This document shows, one piece after another, positions 37,789-49,994 of a stretch of 64,000 nt of DNA. The stretch comes from Alloascoidea hylecoeti. Taxonomy: Eukaryota. Position numbers and translations under genes: made by a program. Each line of letters starts with the position of its first letter. Position 1 is the first letter of the stretch. Below the pieces are notes generated by a model. The model was given only the letters and a program-made list of their open reading frames with translations, made no database searches and was not told the DNA's origin. Where the stretch lies: contig BCKZ01000027.1 in assembly GCA_001600815.1 (NCBI GenBank), positions 1-64,000 on the forward strand. Reading direction: 5' to 3'.

Positions 37789-40700
37789 TCAACTCATTGA
37801 AATATCTCCATCATTATCTTTAAGATTTTTATTATCTTTTTCTTTATCACCATCTTTCTTAAGACCTAATGATTCATCATTATTTATATTTTCTGTATTT
37901 TTGTGATCATTTTTTTCATCACTTTTTTCATCACTTTTTTTATTAATATCTAATATTTGTGATGAATCATTAATCAATTTATTATCTGTTAAATCATCAT
38001 CTTGTGATACTGTTTCATCAGCTTCAATATTATTTTTACTAATTAATATTTCTGGACCATCATTAATCCAAATATTAAAATTTTTAATTTCTTTTTCACC
38101 ATTATCATTTTTATCATTTAATAAACATTTCCAACCTTTTGTAAAATTATTTTTATAAAAATCAATAAATTTTAAAATTAATTTTTTACGATTTGGTAAT
38201 ACTGATTTTTTAAATACTGAATTTTTAATAAATTCATCTTCTGTATTTTCTTCAAAAAATAATTTATAAGAATTCATACAAATTCGAACTTTTAATTGTG
38301 AATTTGTGTAGCCAACAATATCATCAACATTTGAAATTTCATTATCATTATCATTAATATCTTTTGAATTTAAATTTGGAGATGATGCTACTGATATTGG
38401 TATATTTTTCTTTAAAAATGGCATTTTTAATTTACTTGCTGAAACGCCATTTGTTGGATGGGATAAAATATAACTTGATAAATAAAGATTCCATTTTCTT
38501 TCAAGTTCTTTTGGATCTTCACTAATTAAATCATCCATTTCAATATATTGAATTGATAAATAATTTGAATTTATATCCCATTGAAATTTAAATAAATCTT
38601 CATTATTACCAATTATTGATCTTGATTTTGATCTATAAGAAATTTCATCTTTTAAACTTAAATTTGAAAGTTTAAATTTTTTTCGATCATTTTTAAATAA
38701 TTCAATTAAATCTAATGATTTTGAATCAGAAATAATTAAACCTGATTGTTTAATTAACATTGGTATAATTTTATCAATTGTATATAATTTATAAGCTTTA
38801 TTATTATAACCTTCTCTTAAAGATTCTTCAAACCAATTTTTATCAATTTCATTACGAAGTCTTGCTTCACAAAGTTTTAAAACTTGTTTATAAATACTTT
38901 CATTCGGTGATATTTTAACACCATGTTGTTTTAAATCATCATTTAAAATATTTAAATCTTTGGCAAATGGAGTAACTACTCTTCTTTTTTTTAAAAGTTC
39001 AGTCATTTCTGATTCAATGGATTTTAATTCATATAATCTTTCATATAATGTTTGTAATAATCTTACAAAGATATAAATTGTTGAATTACTAAATAAATTA
39101 AATGTTGTTCTTAATGCATTTTCAGGAATTATTTCTTCAGGAATTGAGACTGTTTTAACCCAAATATTATCATCATCTTCAGAAGTATTTTTTAAAGATT
39201 TTGATTTGTCACCAACGGTGGATGTAACAGTTGCAGCAACAGTAGAAACAGTTGTGGGTTGTTGAGTATTAGTATCAATTCTTGGTTGTTTTGTCTTTCT
39301 TAAAACATCTTTTAATAAATCACTTTCTCTTTCCCTTTTTTTCTTTTCACCATTACCATTATAATTAATTTGATCATTTTCAATAGATTTACCAGTTAAA
39401 TAATCATTAACTTTTTCAATATTGATGTCAAAAAATAAAACAATAAAATTTTTAATAAATTTTTCAAATTTTTCTTTTTCACTAATATTAAAAATTGATT
39501 TTGATAACCAAACAACAACTAATCTCAAAATATCAATTAATATATCATCATTATTATTAATTTTATATTCTAATTGTTTATTTGATTTTGGTGTAAATGG
39601 ATGGATTTTATTTTGTTCTTGTTCTAATTTAATAATTGAAATTTCATTAATTAAATTTTTTGGAGTTAATAATTTTCGCTCATTTGATTTAAAATTTAAT
39701 CCTAAATGGTCTAAAGATTTTAAAAATACTTCTTGTTCTGTTGCTCTCCAAACTTTTTGCCATTCACGATGAGCATGCTTCCATTCTTCATCTTTTTGTT
39801 TTAATCTTTTTAATATAACAGGTACTGAAATTGCAGGTTTTAAATGTAACATTTCTAAAACTTGTTGAGATTTCTCCTTATCATAAATTTTTCTAATTAC
39901 TTTTTGATAAATTGTAACCGATGTATTACCTAAACCTGGGGGTAATGTAAAATTTTCTAATTCGGAATCTGTCATATTTGCAAGTCTATTTGCAATTGTT
40001 TCAAGAGTTTGCATTGTTCTTATATTTGCTTCCATATAAAAATCATACTCGTGTCTTTCTTCTTCAATACGATGAAGAATTTCTTCATATTGATTTTTAC
40101 GATGAGCAATGAAACCACTATCACCTCCAGCCCATAAAGGTGAAGCAACATATTCATCATTAAGTACTTGCCAACATAATTCATCTCTACCAGAACATTT
40201 TAAGGATATTTGAGATTTTGGTAAATGACGATAACTAATTCCAGGGAAATTAATATCATCATTATTATTAAATGATGTTATTGAAGATTTTGGAGTTTTT
40301 GAATTTGAAATTGTTAGAAATTTATCTAATTTATATCTTTCTTGAACTTCATTTTCAATTCTAATATCATTTTCATTATCATTTTCATTTCCATCTACTT
40401 GTTTATTATTTTCATCAACTTTTAATTCATTTCCATTGTTAATTTTACTTTTTTCATTTTTCTTCTTTTTATCATCCATTTTATTAAAATCACCAATCAA
40501 ATTTTTAAATCCTTCCCATTCAATTAAATTTCCAATAAAAATTTCACATCTATCAATAAGAGTTTGTAAATCAATTTTATTACAATTAAAAAGATTAATA
40601 ATTTTTAAAAATTCATTATAAGTTTGTTTCGTTAATTGCCTTTTAATTCTTTCAAATAATTGTAAATATTTTTGTGATATGGTTGATTCACGCGTTGGTA

Positions 40701-41778
40701 TTTGTGGTTCTGGAATTGTTGGAATTGCTGTTGCGGAAACTTCATTATTTTGATAATTTGAAGATCTTTGATTCCCAATTTGATTTCCATTTTGATTTTG
40801 ATTTTGATTTCCATTTCCATTTTGACTTTGATTTTGATTTTGATTTTGGCTTTGGTTTTGGTTTTGATTTTGATTTTGATTTTGATTTTGATTTTGATTT
40901 TGATTTTGATTTTGATTTTGATTTTGATTTTGATTTTGGCTTTGGTTTTGATTTTGAAGTTTACGAGAACGAATATTTGAAGTTTGAGTAGGAACAATAT
41001 CAGAATTATTATTATTATTATTATCAATTTGACGATTTGAAATATAAATTTGTTGTTGCTGTTGTTGTTGATTAATATTATTAATAGATTGAGTATCAGG
41101 TAAAAATTGTTTAAAATCATCTAGTAAGTCAGTTTCATTTTGAAAAAGTACAGCAACTTGTTCATAAACATCATTTATTGGTTTTTGATCTTTTTGATAA
41201 ACTTGTAAAATTTCTAAAAAATGTTTATATATATCAGGTTGAGTTGAAAATCTGGTTTTAATTTTATTAACATAATTTATAGCATGATTAAATTCAACAG
41301 GTCCTCCATTGTTTGGATGTTCATTCATTAATTGTTGATGTTGATGGAGTTGAGGGGCTGGACCCTGTTGTTGTCTATTGTTAAGCAAAGATGGATGAGG
41401 CATTTCACCGTAATGATAATGATTTGAATGAATATGAACACCCATTGGAGTTATGACCTGGATTGAGTTGGGATCATCAGGAAGACATTCTAGTCTGTAG
41501 CCAGGAGGTAAAAAAGTGTTAAACCCCTGAATTAAAGCTGGATGGCCACGAAATAAAGAAGAAACACGTTCAATAACGCCAGGAGTATCAATAGTTTGGG
41601 ATTTAAATTCCTTCATAATTTCCAGGAAAAAATTATAAATATCCGTTTGTGTGTTAAAAGTGTTTTTCACCTCATCCAAATAAGACAAAGCATCTTTTAC
41701 GTTGAGAGGACGTGTTTGAACAGGTCCGATGGCCTGTAAAGATGGTAACATGGGATATTGTTGATAAGGATTGGACAT
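37789..41778 (-). CDS. SIN3: Sin3 co-repressor scaffold (PAH domains, HDAC-interaction domain)
   Basis: ATG 41778. PAH1 LNVKDALSYLD..GFNTFLPPGY, PAH2 EFNHAINYVNKIK, HID CSGRDELCWQVLND..HRKNQYEE, KSLDH. Confidence 0.97.
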   Translation of the reverse strand: MSNPYQQYPMLPSLQAIGPVQTRPLNVKDALSYLDEVKNTFNTQTDIYNFFLEIMKEFKSQTIDTPGVIERVSSLFRGHPALIQGFNTFLPPGYRLECLPDDPNSIQVITPMGVHIHSNHYHYGEMPHPSLLNNRQQQGPAPQLHQHQQLMNEHPNNGGPVEFNHAINYVNKIKTRFSTQPDIYKHFLEILQVYQKDQKPINDVYEQVAVLFQNETDLLDDFKQFLPDTQSINNINQQQQQQQIYISNRQIDNNNNNNSDIVPTQTSNIRSRKLQNQNQSQNQNQNQNQNQNQNQNQNQNQNQNQNQNQSQNQNQNQSQNGNGNQNQNQNGNQIGNQRSSNYQNNEVSATAIPTIPEPQIPTRESTISQKYLQLFERIKRQLTKQTYNEFLKIINLFNCNKIDLQTLIDRCEIFIGNLIEWEGFKNLIGDFNKMDDKKKKNEKSKINNGNELKVDENNKQVDGNENDNENDIRIENEVQERYKLDKFLTISNSKTPKSSITSFNNNDDINFPGISYRHLPKSQISLKCSGRDELCWQVLNDEYVASPLWAGGDSGFIAHRKNQYEEILHRIEEERHEYDFYMEANIRTMQTLETIANRLANMTDSELENFTLPPGLGNTSVTIYQKVIRKIYDKEKSQQVLEMLHLKPAISVPVILKRLKQKDEEWKHAHREWQKVWRATEQEVFLKSLDHLGLNFKSNERKLLTPKNLINEISIIKLEQEQNKIHPFTPKSNKQLEYKINNNDDILIDILRLVVVWLSKSIFNISEKEKFEKFIKNFIVLFFDINIEKVNDYLTGKSIENDQINYNGNGEKKKRERESDLLKDVLRKTKQPRIDTNTQQPTTVSTVAATVTSTVGDKSKSLKNTSEDDDNIWVKTVSIPEEIIPENALRTTFNLFSNSTIYIFVRLLQTLYERLYELKSIESEMTELLKKRRVVTPFAKDLNILNDDLKQHGVKISPNESIYKQVLKLCEARLRNEIDKNWFEESLREGYNNKAYKLYTIDKIIPMLIKQSGLIISDSKSLDLIELFKNDRKKFKLSNLSLKDEISYRSKSRSIIGNNEDLFKFQWDINSNYLSIQYIEMDDLISEDPKELERKWNLYLSSYILSHPTNGVSASKLKMPFLKKNIPISVASSPNLNSKDINDNDNEISNVDDIVGYTNSQLKVRICMNSYKLFFEENTEDEFIKNSVFKKSVLPNRKKLILKFIDFYKNNFTKGWKCLLNDKNDNGEKEIKNFNIWINDGPEILISKNNIEADETVSQDDDLTDNKLINDSSQILDINKKSDEKSDEKNDHKNTENINNDESLGLKKDGDKEKDNKNLKDNDGDISMS
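40790..40956 (-). repeat. Coding hexanucleotide microsatellite (CAAAAT)n encoding (QN)n in SIN3
   Basis: (ATTTTG)n on the plus strand; explains several spurious ORFs. Confidence 0.95.
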
Positions 41779-41970
41779 ATTTAACTCCAAAGTTCAACCA
41801 AAAAATGAAAACGAAAATGAAAATGAAATGGCGAAGATGAAAAAAAGAATTTCCCTTTCAGAACTTCGCTTTTTATGTTTTATCTATTCAAAAAATTGGA
41901 GAATTCAAATAAATAAAACTTTGGTGTTTTACAAAAAAAGAAGATAATAATTGAAACAACAAAAAGTTAC

Positions 41971-42028
41971 TTTTCGCGAAAAAACACAGAAAGCAGGGTA
42001 AGTCGGTACTTATGTAATGCTTACATAA
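41971..42028. promoter_or_regulatory. Palindromic motifs in the SIN3/RPB11 divergent promoter
   Basis: TTTTCGCGAAAA (41971-41982, SCB-like on both strands) and TTATGTAA-TGC-TTACATAA (42010-42028). Confidence 0.4.
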
Positions 42029-42089
42029 CCTCCATACATTTCTTCAAACCTCCAATTTCTTCGTCACTCGGCTTCACCAAAATTCAGAA

Positions 42090-42511
42090 ATGAACGCACC
42101 TGATAGATTCGAGCTGTTTTTGCTGCCCGATGGCGTTCAAAAGTACGTTTATCGATTACATTGTAATATCCTCTCTACTAACATATCAAAAGAGTGACGA
42201 TAACACCGGATCCTCGTGTTCCAAATGCAGCCATATTTAAATTTGAAAGAGAAGACCATACACTTGCAAATTTCTTAAGATCTCAATTATTGCAGGATGA
42301 TAGGGTTCTATTTGCTGCTTATAAAATTGAACATCCTTTATTTCCTAATTTTGTAATGAGAGTTCAAACTGAAGAAGGTTATTCTCCAAAAGATGCTTTA
42401 GTTAATGCTTGTGATTCAATTTTAACTCAATTATTAACACTAAAGAATAAATTTATGAGTGAATGGGAATTAACTGCTATTTTAGAAGATTCTACAAATA
42501 CTGAATTATAA
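42090..42511 (+). CDS. RPB11: RNA polymerase II subunit Rpb11; 2 exons
   Basis: Exon 1 42090-42142 ([15 protein letters not shown]), intron 42143-42192 (GTACGT..TACTAAC..AAG), exon 2 with EDHTLAN and FAAYKIEHP. Confidence 0.97.
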
Positions 42512-42579
42512 ATTAAAATTCAAAATTAAAATTCAAAATTCAAAATTCAAAATAAAAGTAAAAGTAAAAGTAAAAGTAG
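42511..42579 (+). repeat. (AAAATTC)n/(TAAAAG)n low-complexity tract 3' of RPB11
   Basis: Directly visible; same 7-mer as the 2320-2404 array. Confidence 0.8.
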
Positions 42580-42901
42580 AAATGAAATTTAAGATGTTTA
42601 AAATATTAATGTTTACTTGAACTTTTTCTCTTTTTTATATAAATTTAAATGTATTATTAATATTTAATGTTTTATTCTAATACAAAGAATAATAAGGGGT
42701 ATCTTATCAAATATCAATTCCAAATTACATTCAATTAAATTTCCAATAAAAACAAATATAGTGATGATAATAATAATAATAGAGAAAATGAATATGAAAA
42801 TAAACGAATATTAGTAAATCAATTACAAAAAACCACAAACCTCACTCACGATCGTTGAAAACATTTATACCTTCATGATAGTACATGAATACATGAATAC
42901 A

Positions 42902-45620
42902 TTATATATCATTTAATTTATCCCTTCGCGATCGTGGTCGACTAGTATGAATTTGATATAATTGTCCATACATTTCATTACAAATAGCATAAGTAATAAT
43001 CTCCAATTTGTCATTTATATCGACTTCATCATTTTTAAAAAAATCCAATAATTCATAATTATCTTCGTCATTAATATTAATAATATCATTCATTAATAAA
43101 CATGTTAAATTTTTATTTTTTACTCCAATATATGATAAAATTGATCCATTTTTTGAAAGACTTAATTTTCTATGATCATTAAAATTAATTTGAAATGTAC
43201 CATCATTTAATTGAAACATTATATAATCTTTCTCTCTTCTATATCTTTTAAGATAAATATTATTAGATTGTCGTTGTAATTGTTGTTCTTCATCTGTTAT
43301 AACTGTTCTTAAATTTGCTCTCATATATTGTGCAAAATAATCAACAATATCTAATTTTTTCTTTAAATCATTATTTGAAATTAATTCATGTTTATTTATA
43401 ATCATTTGATTTTCTTCCCAAATCCCAATATCATTTGATTTAATATATTTAAAATATAATTTTGATGATGAAGAATTATTATTTGGATTTTTAATAATTG
43501 TATTACCATCATTAAATAATACTCCAATATCTCCATTTGATAATTGATAAGCAAATCCATGTCTATTTGAATAATCAACCCATTTACTAATCAAACATGG
43601 TTCACTAATAATTGTTGATCTTCTACCCGTTGCTGTATGCCTTTTTGATCTCATATATCCTCCACTATTACCTTCCAAACCTTCTAATGTTTCTAAATGA
43701 TCTTCAAATATTTTAGTATCATGAGATGCTTTTACTAAAATATCAACGGCCTGTTCATTATATAAATTATCAATAAATTCTTGATTCCCTGCCATACCAA
43801 TCCCCATTCCTGGTTTTGTTAAACTTGGAATTTCTTTGATATCTCTTGGTTTTGCATAACCTCTAATTCTTTTATAAGCTTCATCTAATATTTTTCTTGT
43901 TTCTCTTTGACTTTCAGATTTCCTTGGAATCATTAAATATTTCCCATTTTGAATCCTTTGTAAATTTGCTGTAAATTTATTATTTAATTCAGTATAACCA
44001 TTACTACTACTACTACTTCCATTTGATACTGCTTTTGTTGTAATTTTATATTTATCTTTTGTATTACCTGGTGATAATGAATGTGGTAATATTTGTCTTT
44101 TTTCTTCTGCAATTAAATCAGCTTTTAAGATTTTAACAGGATCTTTTGAAATTGCCTTATTGTGATGATTAATAAGTTTATTATTATCATTTGAATCATT
44201 TTCATTTGAATCATCAACTTGTGATTGTTTTTTAATTGATTCAAAATTTTTAATTGATATATTTTCATTTAAATTTCTAAAACTTGGTGTTACAACAATA
44301 CTTTGTGTTGAAATTTTTAAAGGAAATAAATCACATTTTGTAAAAAATGGATGATTAATTATATCATTTAATGATGGTCTAATTTCAGGTACTGGATTTA
44401 AAATTTTTTTAATTAAATCTCTTGCATTTTCAGAAATATCAATATTAATTGGGAAATCATAATCATTTTTTTGAATTTTTTTATAAATTTCTTCAACTTC
44501 TTTTGATTGAAATGGAGGTTTCCCAATAATTAATGCATACATTATAATACCAATTGACCAAATATCAACTTCATAACTATGACCTTTTTGTTTACCATAT
44601 AAAACTTCAGGTGCAATATAATTTGGAGTACCACAAATTGTTCTTTTTCTATCATCATCAGACTGTAAAACAGCAGCTAAACCAAAATCGCCAATTTTTA
44701 AATTCATATTTGAATCAAAGAAAATATTACCTAATTTTAAATCACGATGAATAACTCTCCGTTTATGCATATATTGAACAGCTCCAATAATTTGAGTTAA
44801 AAAGAAACGAACTTCAGGTTCACTAATTCTCTTTCTTTTTTTTAACATTTCCATCAAAGACTATTCATTGTTCATTGTTAGATTATATTTTTGAAAAGTA
44901 TTAATTATAATAAAATAAAACAAAACATACCTGATTGGGACAAATTTCCAGAATGATATAAACATTTAATGAATCTTCAAAACAATCAATAAATTTAACG
45001 ATATTTGGATGATCCATACTCTTATGAATTTTAATTTCAGATAAAAGCTAATAATGAAGTTAGATTTTCAATTCTAATTTATTTCAAAATTCAATTGATT
45101 AATTACATACTTTTGTCCTTGTTTTGTCATTTTTAATTGATGCTTTGGCAACAGTTTTTGCTGCATATTCAGTACCATGTTCATCCCTAACCTGGAAACA
45201 CCGAGCAAATCCGCCCTGCAACAGGAAAATCATTATAATTAGTAAAAATTAAAATGAAAATAACACCAAAATCAAAATCAAGATTAAACTCAGACATACT
45301 TCTCCCAAAATCAATCCTCGGCGGTAGTCCTTCCCAGTTTTGGTCTTTATCAAAGATGGAGGAGTTTTACATAAAGAAGACAGTTTATCTTTTCTTTTTC
45401 TTTTCAATGGTTGTTGTTGTTGTTTTCCATTGACATTAACGTTAACATTTCCAATTCTGTGATGTTTTTTTTCAAGTCCACCTCCATTAAAACCAGAAGG
45501 TATGATATTCTCTTTTTTATCTAAAGGATGGGATTTCCTGTCTGATATGATGACACCGTTGAGTTTCCTGTTAAGATCATGAGATCCCAAGACTTGAAGA
45601 GGTTGTGATGATCCTACCAT
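42902..45620 (-). CDS. CDC5: Polo-like kinase; 4 exons
   Basis: Exons 45620-45300, 45215-45111, 45047-44931 and 44860-42902; all three introns GTATGT..YAG, phase 0. Gives [42 protein letters not shown], polo-box KWVDYSN and FNDHRK. Confidence 0.97.
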
Positions 45621-45709
45621 CCTTTAATTTTCGAGGAGAGAGTGGAGGAAAAGAAGAAAGATGGACTTTTTTGTTGTTTTAACACAGACATGTTTTATTT
45701 ATCTTTTAC

Positions 45710-45716
45710 TGTTTAC
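45710..45716 (-). promoter_or_regulatory. Forkhead site upstream of CDC5
   Basis: GTAAACA on the minus strand, 90 bp upstream of the ATG; ATAAACA at 45801-45807. Polo genes are forkhead-regulated in budding and fission yeast. Confidence 0.45.
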
Positions 45717-45835
45717 GGTTGTTGATGTTGTCATGGCAATTCTCAGGAAGCCCGGGAAACGTGTACAGAAACTTCCGGATATTTTATTCATATCATTTCG
45801 TGTTTATTCACCATCTTTTATATTTGTATAGAGAG

Positions 45836-48070
45836 ATGCCTTCAATTAAAACAAAACGCGTACGAAATAATAGTATATCTTGTAATCACAAAAAACAAAA
45901 GAAAGAATCTACACCATATGCTGATATAAAAAATGAGGAGAAAGATCTAGATACGGGCCAAAATGAAAAAGATATTGAAATAAAAGAAGATAATGAAAAC
46001 GATGAACAAAATGAAGAAGAAAACGATACATATCGCTGGTGGGAGGAATTAGATGAAAATAATGATAAATCTGTAAAATGGACTACTCTTCATCATCAAG
46101 GAGTTATGTTCCCACCTCCATATGAACCATTACCACAAGACGTTAAATTAATTTATGATGGGAAACCAATAATATTACCAATCGATGCTGAAGAAGTTGC
46201 TGGCTTTTACGGTGCAATGTTATATACAACTCATGCTGAAAATCTAACTTTTCAAAAAAATTTCTTTAATGATTTTAAACAAATTATAAAAGAATCTAAT
46301 GAAAAACCTTATTATATTGATAATGAAAATGAAAATGAAAAAGTGACAATAGCAATTGATGATTTCAAAAAATGTGATTTTACAAAAATGTATGATTATT
46401 TTGAAAATGAAAGACAATTAAAAAAAAGTTTATCAAAAATTGAAAAAAAAGATTTAAAAATTTCAAAAGATTTAGAAGAATCAAAGTTTAAAAATTGTAT
46501 AATTGATGGTAGAATTGAAATGATTGGAAATTTTAGAATTGAACCTCCTGGTTTATTTCGTGGTAGGGGTATTCATCCAAAAACTGGTAAATTAAAAAGA
46601 AGAGTTTTACCTGAACAAATTACTTTAAATTTAAGTAAAGATGCAGAAATTCCAAATGTTCCAATGAAAGGTCATAAATGGGGGAATATTGTTCATGATA
46701 ATACTGTTGTTTGGCTTGCAACTTGGAAAGAAAATATAAATAATTCTCAAAAATATGTTGCATTAGCTTCAAATTCAAGTCTTAAAGGTATATCTGATTT
46801 TAAAAAATTTGAAAAAGCAAGAAATTTAAAAAATTTTATTGAAATAATTAGAAAAGATTATATTGAAAATTTGAAAAGTCCTTTAATGTTAAATAGACAA
46901 ATTGCTGTTGCAACTTATTTAATTGATAGATTTGCTTTAAGAGCTGGTGGTGAAAAAAATAATGAAGATGAAGCAGATACTGTTGGCTGTTGTTCACTAA
47001 GATATGAACATGTTACATTAAAACCACCAAATATTGTTATATTTGATTTTTTAGGTAAAGATTCAATAAGATATTATCAACAAGTTGAAGTTGATCATCA
47101 AGTTTTTAAAGATTTAAGAATTTTTAAAAAATCTCCAAAAGAACCTGGTGATGATATATTTGATAGAATTGATCCATCAATTTTAAATAAATATTTTCAA
47201 AATTATATGCCTGGTTTATCAGCAAAAGTTTTTAGAACTTATAATGCTTCAAAAACAATGCAAGATGAAATTAATAAAATTCCATCAAATTTAACTGATC
47301 CAAATATTGGTACAATTCAAGAAAAATTATATCAATTTAATTCCGCAAATAGAACTGTTGCTATTTTGTGTAATCATCAAAGGAGTATAACTTCAAATTT
47401 TAAAAATATAATGGAAAGAAATGAATATAAAATTAAAGAAATGAAATGGAATAAAATAAGACTAAAGAAAAAAATATTAGAATTAAATCCAAATTATGAT
47501 AAAGAAATTGATGTTGATGAAAATAATAATAAAGATAAAGAAATTTTAGATTTAAAAAAAGATTTTAAAGATGATTTAGGTTCAATTTCAAAAGATGATG
47601 AATTAAAAATTCATCAAACTATAATTGAAAGAGAAGTTGAAAAAATAACAAAAAAATTTAATAAAGAAAATGAAAAATTAAAAGAAGAATCGAAAGATGA
47701 ATTATCAAAATCTGAACTTGATGAACGATTAAAACAAGTTGATAAATTAAAAAATGATCTAAATGAAGAATTTAATACAGGAATTATTATATTAGAAAAT
47801 TCAAATGCAAATAATTTAACAATCGAAAGTTTAGAAACAAAAATTAAAAGATTAAATCAAAAAATTGAAAATTCAATTGTTCAATTAAAAGATAAAGAAG
47901 ATAATGCACAAGTTGCTCTTGGAACAAGTAAAACAAATTATATTGATCCAAGATTAATTGCAATGTTTTCAAAAAAATTTCATGTTCCAATTGAAAAATT
48001 ATTTACAAAAACCATGAGAGAAAAATTTAATTGGGCTATTAAATCTGCTGATGCTGATTGGAAGTTTTAA
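45836..48070 (+). CDS. TOP1: DNA topoisomerase IB
   Basis: First ATG at 45836. [53 protein letters not shown], catalytic SKTNYIDP. Confidence 0.98.
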   Translation: MPSIKTKRVRNNSISCNHKKQKKESTPYADIKNEEKDLDTGQNEKDIEIKEDNENDEQNEEENDTYRWWEELDENNDKSVKWTTLHHQGVMFPPPYEPLPQDVKLIYDGKPIILPIDAEEVAGFYGAMLYTTHAENLTFQKNFFNDFKQIIKESNEKPYYIDNENENEKVTIAIDDFKKCDFTKMYDYFENERQLKKSLSKIEKKDLKISKDLEESKFKNCIIDGRIEMIGNFRIEPPGLFRGRGIHPKTGKLKRRVLPEQITLNLSKDAEIPNVPMKGHKWGNIVHDNTVVWLATWKENINNSQKYVALASNSSLKGISDFKKFEKARNLKNFIEIIRKDYIENLKSPLMLNRQIAVATYLIDRFALRAGGEKNNEDEADTVGCCSLRYEHVTLKPPNIVIFDFLGKDSIRYYQQVEVDHQVFKDLRIFKKSPKEPGDDIFDRIDPSILNKYFQNYMPGLSAKVFRTYNASKTMQDEINKIPSNLTDPNIGTIQEKLYQFNSANRTVAILCNHQRSITSNFKNIMERNEYKIKEMKWNKIRLKKKILELNPNYDKEIDVDENNNKDKEILDLKKDFKDDLGSISKDDELKIHQTIIEREVEKITKKFNKENEKLKEESKDELSKSELDERLKQVDKLKNDLNEEFNTGIIILENSNANNLTIESLETKIKRLNQKIENSIVQLKDKEDNAQVALGTSKTNYIDPRLIAMFSKKFHVPIEKLFTKTMREKFNWAIKSADADWKF

Positions 48071-48551
48071 ATTTATTTATATATTACTCCAAATTATTTT
48101 TTGAACCCTATGATTTATTATATAAAACTATTAACTATATAGTTATATCTATAAATTTTCAATTATACTATCTGAATGATATCGTTAGAATCACAATTGT
48201 AATAGAGAGGATCAATACAATCCCATTTCTTTATAATCCGAAGTCAGCTATACAATGACACGGATTTTAAGAAAATGAGCAACTCGTCTGATGACGTCAG
48301 ACTTATTACCCCATAAAGGAATAGATTTAATCCGTATCAGATATTTCCTTGCTGATAATATTTGGTTGTAAATATGTTATGAAACTCGAACACAGACTCT
48401 ATTTTTTGAAGAATGTTTTGTGGGATTGTAAGAAAATGGGGCATACAAAATATCAAAAATTGAAACGTCTAAAACCAACTGGAATATTTCAGTCTATAAA
48501 ATGTATATCTAAATAATATCAATATCTGCGTATAACTAAACTCTTTTGTTT

Positions 48552-49994
48552 TTATGATTTAGTTGGTTTGGTCTGTCTCCCATAGAATGGCCAGGAATAT
48601 TGTTTAGCTTGATAAAGTCTAATACCAAGTTCATCTGCCCAATTCCATACCAACCCTGAATTTTTCAAGAAGGATCGCCCAACTAATACTAAGTCTAAAC
48701 CATTCTGAAGTAACGATTCTGCTACCTTTGGAACACGGATATTCCCAACAGCTGAAACAAGAATCTTGTCCCCAACAATCTCTTTAATTGCATATGAATA
48801 AGGAGCTTGATATGCTGGATCCTTACTAGATGATGGTAGTTTCTGGTTAGGATTGTTTCCTAATGCTGATATATCAATAAGATCAACTTTACCTTGTTCT
48901 GCCAATTTCAATGCTACCTTTTTCATACCATCTAAATCCCAAGATTCGGGGTATTTATTTTTGTCATATTCTAAACCTTCCGTGGCTGATATACGCAAAA
49001 ACAGTGGGGTTGTTTCAGGAATAACGTCTCTGATACAATCAACCAACTCAAATAACAATCTGGTTCTATTTTCAAATGACCCACCATATTTATCAGTTCT
49101 TTTGTTAGATACCGGAGATAGAAATTCAGTAAGAAGATAACCATGAGCACCATGAATTTCAATAACATCATACCCAATATTAATTGCTCTTTTAGCCGCT
49201 GAAGTAAAATCATCCTTAATTCTTTCAATATCATTCAATGACAATTCCTTGGGAGTTGTAAATGCACCGTATCTAATGGGAGATGGAGCGACAACTTCAT
49301 TAGGCCATCCATCGGCCTTTTCATCCGCAGTAATCCTGTCAGTACTGATAAAGGGAGGGAAGGTACTTGCTTTTCTTCCAGCATGCCCTAATTGGAAACC
49401 AATATGTTGACCTTGAGAATGAACAAAATCAACAATTTTCTTCAATTCTTTTGCTTGCTCATCGTTCCAAAGACCAAGATCATTGGGTGAGATCCTCCCC
49501 TCTGGAGAAACTGCAGTAGCTTCGGTGAATATAAGTGCAGGACCATGAGCAGCAAGAGAACCATAATGTTGTAGATGCCACGCAGTTGCAACACCATCTT
49601 TGGCCGAATACTGACACATTGGCGAAACCTATTAATATTAGTATTTATTTGTATATCAATCATATCTGGATCACTTACAGTTATTCTATTTTGGAGAGTT
49701 AAGCCTCTGATCTTCAATGGTTTGAAGAGCTTAGGGATCTTAGCACCATCTGGTTGGGGAGTGAGAGCAGAACCAGGAGGTCCAACTATAAGATTTTAAA
49801 AGTTAATATAAGGCTTTATAATAGATAATATTTTAATTATATCAATTACCTTGTTTTGGAGTAAAGTAAGGGATCTATATTGAAAATTTCGCTGTTAGCT
49901 CTTCTTCTAATCACTATGGAGGATGATTATAACTTACTCCTTCTGCACCTTCGTTGATTAAAAGCTCTAATATGTTGTTCTGATTGGTTGACAT
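48552..49994 (-). CDS. NADH:flavin oxidoreductase (Old Yellow Enzyme, YqjM/Oye32-like); 4 exons
   Basis: Exons 49994-49938, 49874-49850, 49785-49679 and 49628-48552 (introns 63, 64, 50 nt) give ...GIPYFTPKQ...KLFKPLKIRGLTLQNRITVSPMCQYSA...HAGRKAS...IEIHGAHGYLL...RTDKYGGSFENR. Confidence 0.93.

Noticed and set aside
40436..41120. (IK)n, (DF)n and (IL)n ORFs
   Set aside because: Alternative frames of the SIN3 CAAAAT microsatellite.
45249..45620. 123-aa ORF with hydrophobic tail
   Set aside because: CDC5 exon 1 reading into intron 1.
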